DNA of 64,000 bases from an uncultured Planctomycetia bacterium (lineage in GTDB: Bacteria > Omnitrophota > Gorgyraeia > Tantalellales > Tantalellaceae). Under the pieces are notes generated by a model, which was given only the letters and a program-made list of their open reading frames with translations, did not search any database and was not told the origin of the DNA. Below are positions 60,119 through 64,000 of the stretch, piece after piece. The stretch spans positions 2,402-66,401 of the forward strand of contig CAZGQR010000005.1 of NCBI GenBank assembly GCA_964527765.1, written 5' to 3'. The first letter of the stretch is position 1. Each line of letters opens with the position of its first letter. The position numbers and the translations under genes are program-made.

Positions 60119-62021
60119 CATATTTTTTCATGTAATGCCTATCCGGTTCAATCTGTGGCTGGGGAGACGTTTCGGCGCGATGGTATATGCCTTGAGCGGC
60201 AAGAGAGGCAGGATCACCTATGCCAATCTGAAAGCCGCTTTTCAGGGGGAAAAGACGCCGGGCGAGATCAGGCGCATCACGAAAGGCGTATACAGGAACG
60301 CGTCCCAGACTTTCGCCGAGATCCTCTCCATGACAAAATTCGATAAGCGGTATATAGACAAATACGTCGTTGTGCGCAACAGGGAGCGCCTGAAAGAAGG
60401 ATCGAAAAATCCGAAAGGGATGATACTCATTTCCGCCCATTTCGGCAACTGGGAATTAAGCACGGTGACCAGCGTTATGATCGGATTTCCGTTACACCTG
60501 TTCGTAAGGGAGCAGAAGATGAAACGCCTTGACGAACTTTTGAATATGTTGCGGGAATCGAAGGGCAGCATCGTTATCCGTAAAGGCGCCGACGCCAAGA
60601 ACATATTCCGCGTCCTGCACCGCGGCAAAAGCGTGGGTATACTCGCGGATCAAAATGCCGGGCCGAACGGAGAACTCCTGGATTTTTTCGGACGCCCGGC
60701 ATCGACAGCCAAGGGGCCTTACAGGTTTGCCCAGAAAAGCGGCGCATGGATACTGCCGGCATTCATCCATAGAGTAAAAGGGCCTTATCACGAGATCGTA
60801 GTGGAGAAGCCGATGGTCATAAAAAAGGGTGAGGACGTGACGCCTTACATGCGGGAGTATAACCGCCTTCTCGAGAAACACATCAGGGCATATCCGGACC
60901 AGTGGCTGTGGATGCATAAGAGGTGGAAGATGACGCCGGTAAAAAAGGTCATGGTGCTGGATGACGGAAAGAAAGGGCATTTAAGGCAATCCCTTGCGGT
61001 GGTCAAACAGCTGAAACGCTACCGGGAAGAGGAAGGATATTCCCAGGATCAGACAGAAGTGGATATTGTCGGGATCCGGTTCAAGAATAAGATAACCAAG
61101 GCGATATTCAACTTCCTGGTCCCGTTTTTCTCGTTCAGCTGGCAGGGGCGTCTCGGATGCCTGAGGATGGCCCTGGACCGGAGGAGTTATGATACCGCGG
61201 TCAGCCGTTACGCGGACGTTATCGTAAGCTGCGGTTCGACGTTATCCGGCGTGAACAGAGTGTTGAAAGAGGAGAATCACGCCCGAAACGTGACGGTACT
61301 GGCCCCGGGTCTTTTAAACCGTAGAAAATTCGACCTTGTTATACTTCCCAGGCACGATTTTTCCGGCGGACGCCCCGGGGATAATGTTGTCATAACGGAT
61401 CTGGCGCCCAATCTTATTCAGGGGAATGAGATCGCCTCTTTCAAAAAAGAGATGGAACAGACGGGCGGACTCAAGGCGATGAAAAAGCCTTGCGTGGGAC
61501 TGCTCGTCGGCGGGGACAATCCTTATTTTGTTTTTGGGGAGAAGCTGACGCGGTCGGTCCTGGATGGGGCAAGAGCTGCATGTGAACGGCTGGACGGCTG
61601 CCTGTATGCGACCACCTCGCGCAGAACGCCGGACATCGCGGAAAAGATATTATCCGAAGCGCTCGGAAGCTATCCGAGGTGCGTGAAATTCGTTTCCGGC
61701 AGAAATGATAGTGACGAACACACCGTTGAAAAAATACTCGCGGTAAGCGATATAATACTTGTCTCGGGGGAAAGCATCTCGATGGTCTCGGAGGCTATTT
61801 CCTCGGGCAAACCGGTCCTTGTTTTTATGCCGGGAAAGAGAAAAGCGCGCCATACAAAATATGAACGGTTTGTGGAAAATCTCGAGCAGCAGGGATATCT
61901 CAGGCGCGTAAAACCCGAAGAAATTTCCGGCGAAGCGGTGCGCGCCGCCGGGCGCAAGACCGGGATCCGCCCGGCAGACGATAACAAACGAATACGCGAT
62001 AAGATGTACAAGTTATTTTGA
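60078..62021 (+). CDS. lpxL: lipid A late acyltransferase (LpxL/HtrB family) fused to a C-terminal ELM1/DUF1022-like GT-B domain
   Basis: N-terminal ~290 aa: LpxL family HX4D-like motif (ISAHFGNWE) and acyltransferase fold. C-terminal ~350 aa resembles ELM1/DUF1022 proteins often found beside lipid A genes. Confidence 0.6.
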   Translation: MLDLIASLFVRAVNIFFHVMPIRFNLWLGRRFGAMVYALSGKRGRITYANLKAAFQGEKTPGEIRRITKGVYRNASQTFAEILSMTKFDKRYIDKYVVVRNRERLKEGSKNPKGMILISAHFGNWELSTVTSVMIGFPLHLFVREQKMKRLDELLNMLRESKGSIVIRKGADAKNIFRVLHRGKSVGILADQNAGPNGELLDFFGRPASTAKGPYRFAQKSGAWILPAFIHRVKGPYHEIVVEKPMVIKKGEDVTPYMREYNRLLEKHIRAYPDQWLWMHKRWKMTPVKKVMVLDDGKKGHLRQSLAVVKQLKRYREEEGYSQDQTEVDIVGIRFKNKITKAIFNFLVPFFSFSWQGRLGCLRMALDRRSYDTAVSRYADVIVSCGSTLSGVNRVLKEENHARNVTVLAPGLLNRRKFDLVILPRHDFSGGRPGDNVVITDLAPNLIQGNEIASFKKEMEQTGGLKAMKKPCVGLLVGGDNPYFVFGEKLTRSVLDGARAACERLDGCLYATTSRRTPDIAEKILSEALGSYPRCVKFVSGRNDSDEHTVEKILAVSDIILVSGESISMVSEAISSGKPVLVFMPGKRKARHTKYERFVENLEQQGYLRRVKPEEISGEAVRAAGRKTGIRPADDNKRIRDKMYKLF

Positions 62022-62049
62022 TTTTTAACGTTACGTTTTTACCTTTATC

Positions 62050-64000
62050 ATGAACATTCTGCAACTGGTTCCCGGACTTGACGTTGGAGGGGTGGAAAAA
62101 GGCACTGTCGAAGTGGCCCGTTACCTGACCCTCAACGGACATAAGGCGGTAGTGGTCTCCGGCGGCGGGGATTTTGAAAAAAATCTTGCCGCCGTCGGCG
62201 TCCGTCACTATGTTTTACCCATAGGCCGCAAGGATCCGTTCAGCATGGTTTACTGTTACTTCGCCCTCAAGAAGATCATCAGTAGGGAAAATATCGATAT
62301 CGTGCATGCAAGAAGCAGGATACCTGCGCTTACGGGATACTTCGCGGCAAGGGCCACGCACAGGACTTTCATGACCACGGCGCACGGGCAGTACAAGAAG
62401 CATCTTATCAGCAGGGTGATGGGATGGGGAAAAGTGGTCATTACCGCCAATGAGACGATGGCGAGATACATGAAGGAGAATTTCGGTGTCCCGCTCAGGA
62501 AGATAACCATTATACCGAGAGGGGTGGACCTGAAGAAGTTTTCATTCATTCCCCCCTCTGAAAGAGAGAGAAAGACTTTTCGAGTGGGAATGATATGCAG
62601 GTTCACGCCCGTGAAGGGACATTTGGATTTTCTAAAGGCCGCGGCGTATGTTTCAAGAAAGATGCATAATATCGAGATCATCCTGATGGGAGACAGGGCT
62701 TCCGCCAAAGAAGAATACATGAAAAAGATAGAGCTGACGATACGCCGCCTCATGATAGGCAATATTGTCAAGTTCAAAAGCAGCAGTGAAGACGTTTCAG
62801 AGGTAATGAAGCAGATGGACGTTCTTGTTTCGGCAAACAGGGAGCAGGAAGCCTTCGGCCGCTCGGTCATAGAGGCTCAGGCAAGAGGAGTGCCCGTTGT
62901 CGCCACGAGGGTGGGGGGAGTGGTGGAGAATATAGCCGATGGAGTGACGGGCCTCTTGTGTGAGCCGATGGACCCTTCGGGTATGGCTGATAAGATCCTG
63001 CGTTACGCGGAAGACCGGGAACTGGCACAAAAAGTGGCTACAGAAGCAAGAAAACGCATAGAAAAGGACTATTCGCTGGACAGAGTGATGAAAATGACGC
63101 TTAAGACGTATTCCAGCGTCCTCAGCCGGAAAAATATCGTTGTTTTTAAGATGAGCTCGCTCGGCGATATCATCCTCAGCGTGCCGTCAATTCGCGCTCT
63201 CAGGGAAAGGTTCCGGGACGCGAATATCAAGGTGCTCGTCGATGTCAATTTCCGGGAGGTGCTGGACAATTGTCCTTACATAGATGAGATTATTACCTGT
63301 GACTTTCATGGGAGGGACGGGGGCCTTGGGTTTTTTCGGCTTGGAGGGAGATTGCGAGCTGAGGATTTTGATGTCTCCGTGGACCTTCAGAATAACCGCA
63401 AGAGTCATCTGCTGGCTTTTCTGGGCGCCGTCACGGAAAGGTACGGATACGACAACGGCAAGTTGAGTTTTCTTCTTAACCGCAAGATCAGTCTTCCGGC
63501 CGGGCCTGTGGACCCGGTAAAGCACCAGGCGGGCGTTATGGGGCTCGTGGGGATAACGACCCTGGAACGCCGTCTTGAATTGTGGCCGGGGGAAGACGGA
63601 GACGCATGGGCGAAGAAATTTTTGGAAAGTAACTGGCTGAAAAAAGATCAGAAGCTGATCGCCATCAGCCTGTCAGCAAGCAGGAGATGGAAAACAAAGA
63701 ACTGGCCGATGTCGGCCATGCTGGAACTGGCGGAGATGCTTGCCAGGAAACACGGCATGCGGATCGTTCTTCTTGGAACGGATGACGACAAGCCGGATGC
63801 CGTGGAATTCAAGAAAAAGACGGAGGCAAAACCGATCGATGCTGTAGGAAAAACCAGCATTTCCCGGTTGATCGGCCTCATCAAGCGCTGTGACGCGCTT
63901 GTTACCGGTGATAGCGCTCCGATGCATATTGCCGCGGCCGTAGGGACACCGTTTGTTGCCATTTTTGGGCCGACCGACCCCGAACGGCATCTACCCCCGG
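62050..64000 (+). CDS. GT4-family glycosyltransferase fused to a GT9 LPS heptosyltransferase-like domain (3' end beyond window)
   Basis: Open frame from ATG ~62050 to the window end with no stop, so absent from the ORF track. N-terminal ~355 aa is a GT4/GT1 domain (E..E motif region FGRSVIEAQARGVPVVATRVGG). From ~63130 a GT9 ADP-heptose:LPS heptosyltransferase domain starts (KMSSLGDIILSVPSIRALRERF...GDSAPMHIAAAVGTPFVAIFGPTDP). Confidence 0.6.
   Translation, partial: MNILQLVPGLDVGGVEKGTVEVARYLTLNGHKAVVVSGGGDFEKNLAAVGVRHYVLPIGRKDPFSMVYCYFALKKIISRENIDIVHARSRIPALTGYFAARATHRTFMTTAHGQYKKHLISRVMGWGKVVITANETMARYMKENFGVPLRKITIIPRGVDLKKFSFIPPSERERKTFRVGMICRFTPVKGHLDFLKAAAYVSRKMHNIEIILMGDRASAKEEYMKKIELTIRRLMIGNIVKFKSSSEDVSEVMKQMDVLVSANREQEAFGRSVIEAQARGVPVVATRVGGVVENIADGVTGLLCEPMDPSGMADKILRYAEDRELAQKVATEARKRIEKDYSLDRVMKMTLKTYSSVLSRKNIVVFKMSSLGDIILSVPSIRALRERFRDANIKVLVDVNFREVLDNCPYIDEIITCDFHGRDGGLGFFRLGGRLRAEDFDVSVDLQNNRKSHLLAFLGAVTERYGYDNGKLSFLLNRKISLPAGPVDPVKHQAGVMGLVGITTLERRLELWPGEDGDAWAKKFLESNWLKKDQKLIAISLSASRRWKTKNWPMSAMLELAEMLARKHGMRIVLLGTDDDKPDAVEFKKKTEAKPIDAVGKTSISRLIGLIKRCDALVTGDSAPMHIAAAVGTPFVAIFGPTDPERHLPP

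Noticed and set aside
1-64000. CRISPR arrays, rRNA, tRNA, IS elements or prophage genes
   Set aside because: No regularly spaced short direct repeats were found. No intergenic region is long enough or looks like a tRNA or rRNA. No transposase, integrase (other than housekeeping xerC) or phage structural genes were recognised.

Overview
This is a dense 64-kb bacterial chromosomal segment with roughly 57% GC. I found no rRNA, tRNA, CRISPR array or recognisable mobile element. About 60 protein genes are called.

Strand layout: genes from 124 to 8998 are on +, a five-gene island from 9013 to 12517 is on -, and every gene from 12621 to the end of the window is on + (51 kb, often with overlapping stop/start codons).

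Content is mostly housekeeping:
- Envelope/secretion, nucleotide-excision repair and translation termination: murJ, uvrC, prfB (with the classic +1 programmed frameshift), secA, lnt.
- The minus-strand island: ECF sigma, anti-sigma, spoVG, yraN, comM.
- DNA repair, aminoacylation, lipoprotein release and amino-acid metabolism: polX, ligA, lysS, lolCE/lolD, an ilvE-like aminotransferase.
- Protein quality control: mcsA-mcsB-clpC.
- Phospholipid transport: mlaEFD preceded by a hypothetical membrane-anchored protein.
- A block with synteny typical of Firmicutes: yacL-like PIN/TRAM protein, ispF, cysE, cysS, tmk, holB, ricT/yaaT, metG, a short ogt-like gene, and a TatD-radical SAM fusion.
- CPBP protease, mtnA, thiL, tsaE, tsaB, alr, and a BCAA/aromatic cluster (ilvB, ilvH, ilvC, leuA, aroE, prepilin peptidase, aroC, aroK).
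- A PAS-HD-GYP protein, dprA, topA, xerC.
- An LPS cluster: waaA, lpxK, an lpxL-ELM1-like fusion, and a GT4-heptosyltransferase fusion that runs off the window end.

The gene content is mixed: diderm envelope genes (lnt, lolCDE, mla, lpxK, waaA) sit alongside Firmicutes-like modules (McsAB-ClpC, SpoVG, tmk-holB-ricT-metG-tatD synteny).

The non-coding observations worth a second look are:
- A family of 3-4 hairpin repeats with covarying stems and conserved loops at the 3' ends of mtnA, thiL and tsaE.
- A 146-bp highly structured imperfect palindrome between metG and ogt.
- A perfect consensus sigma70 promoter with a structured leader upstream of lysS.

No obviously novel multi-gene defence or biosynthetic system is visible. 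The most unusual protein-level items are domain fusions.
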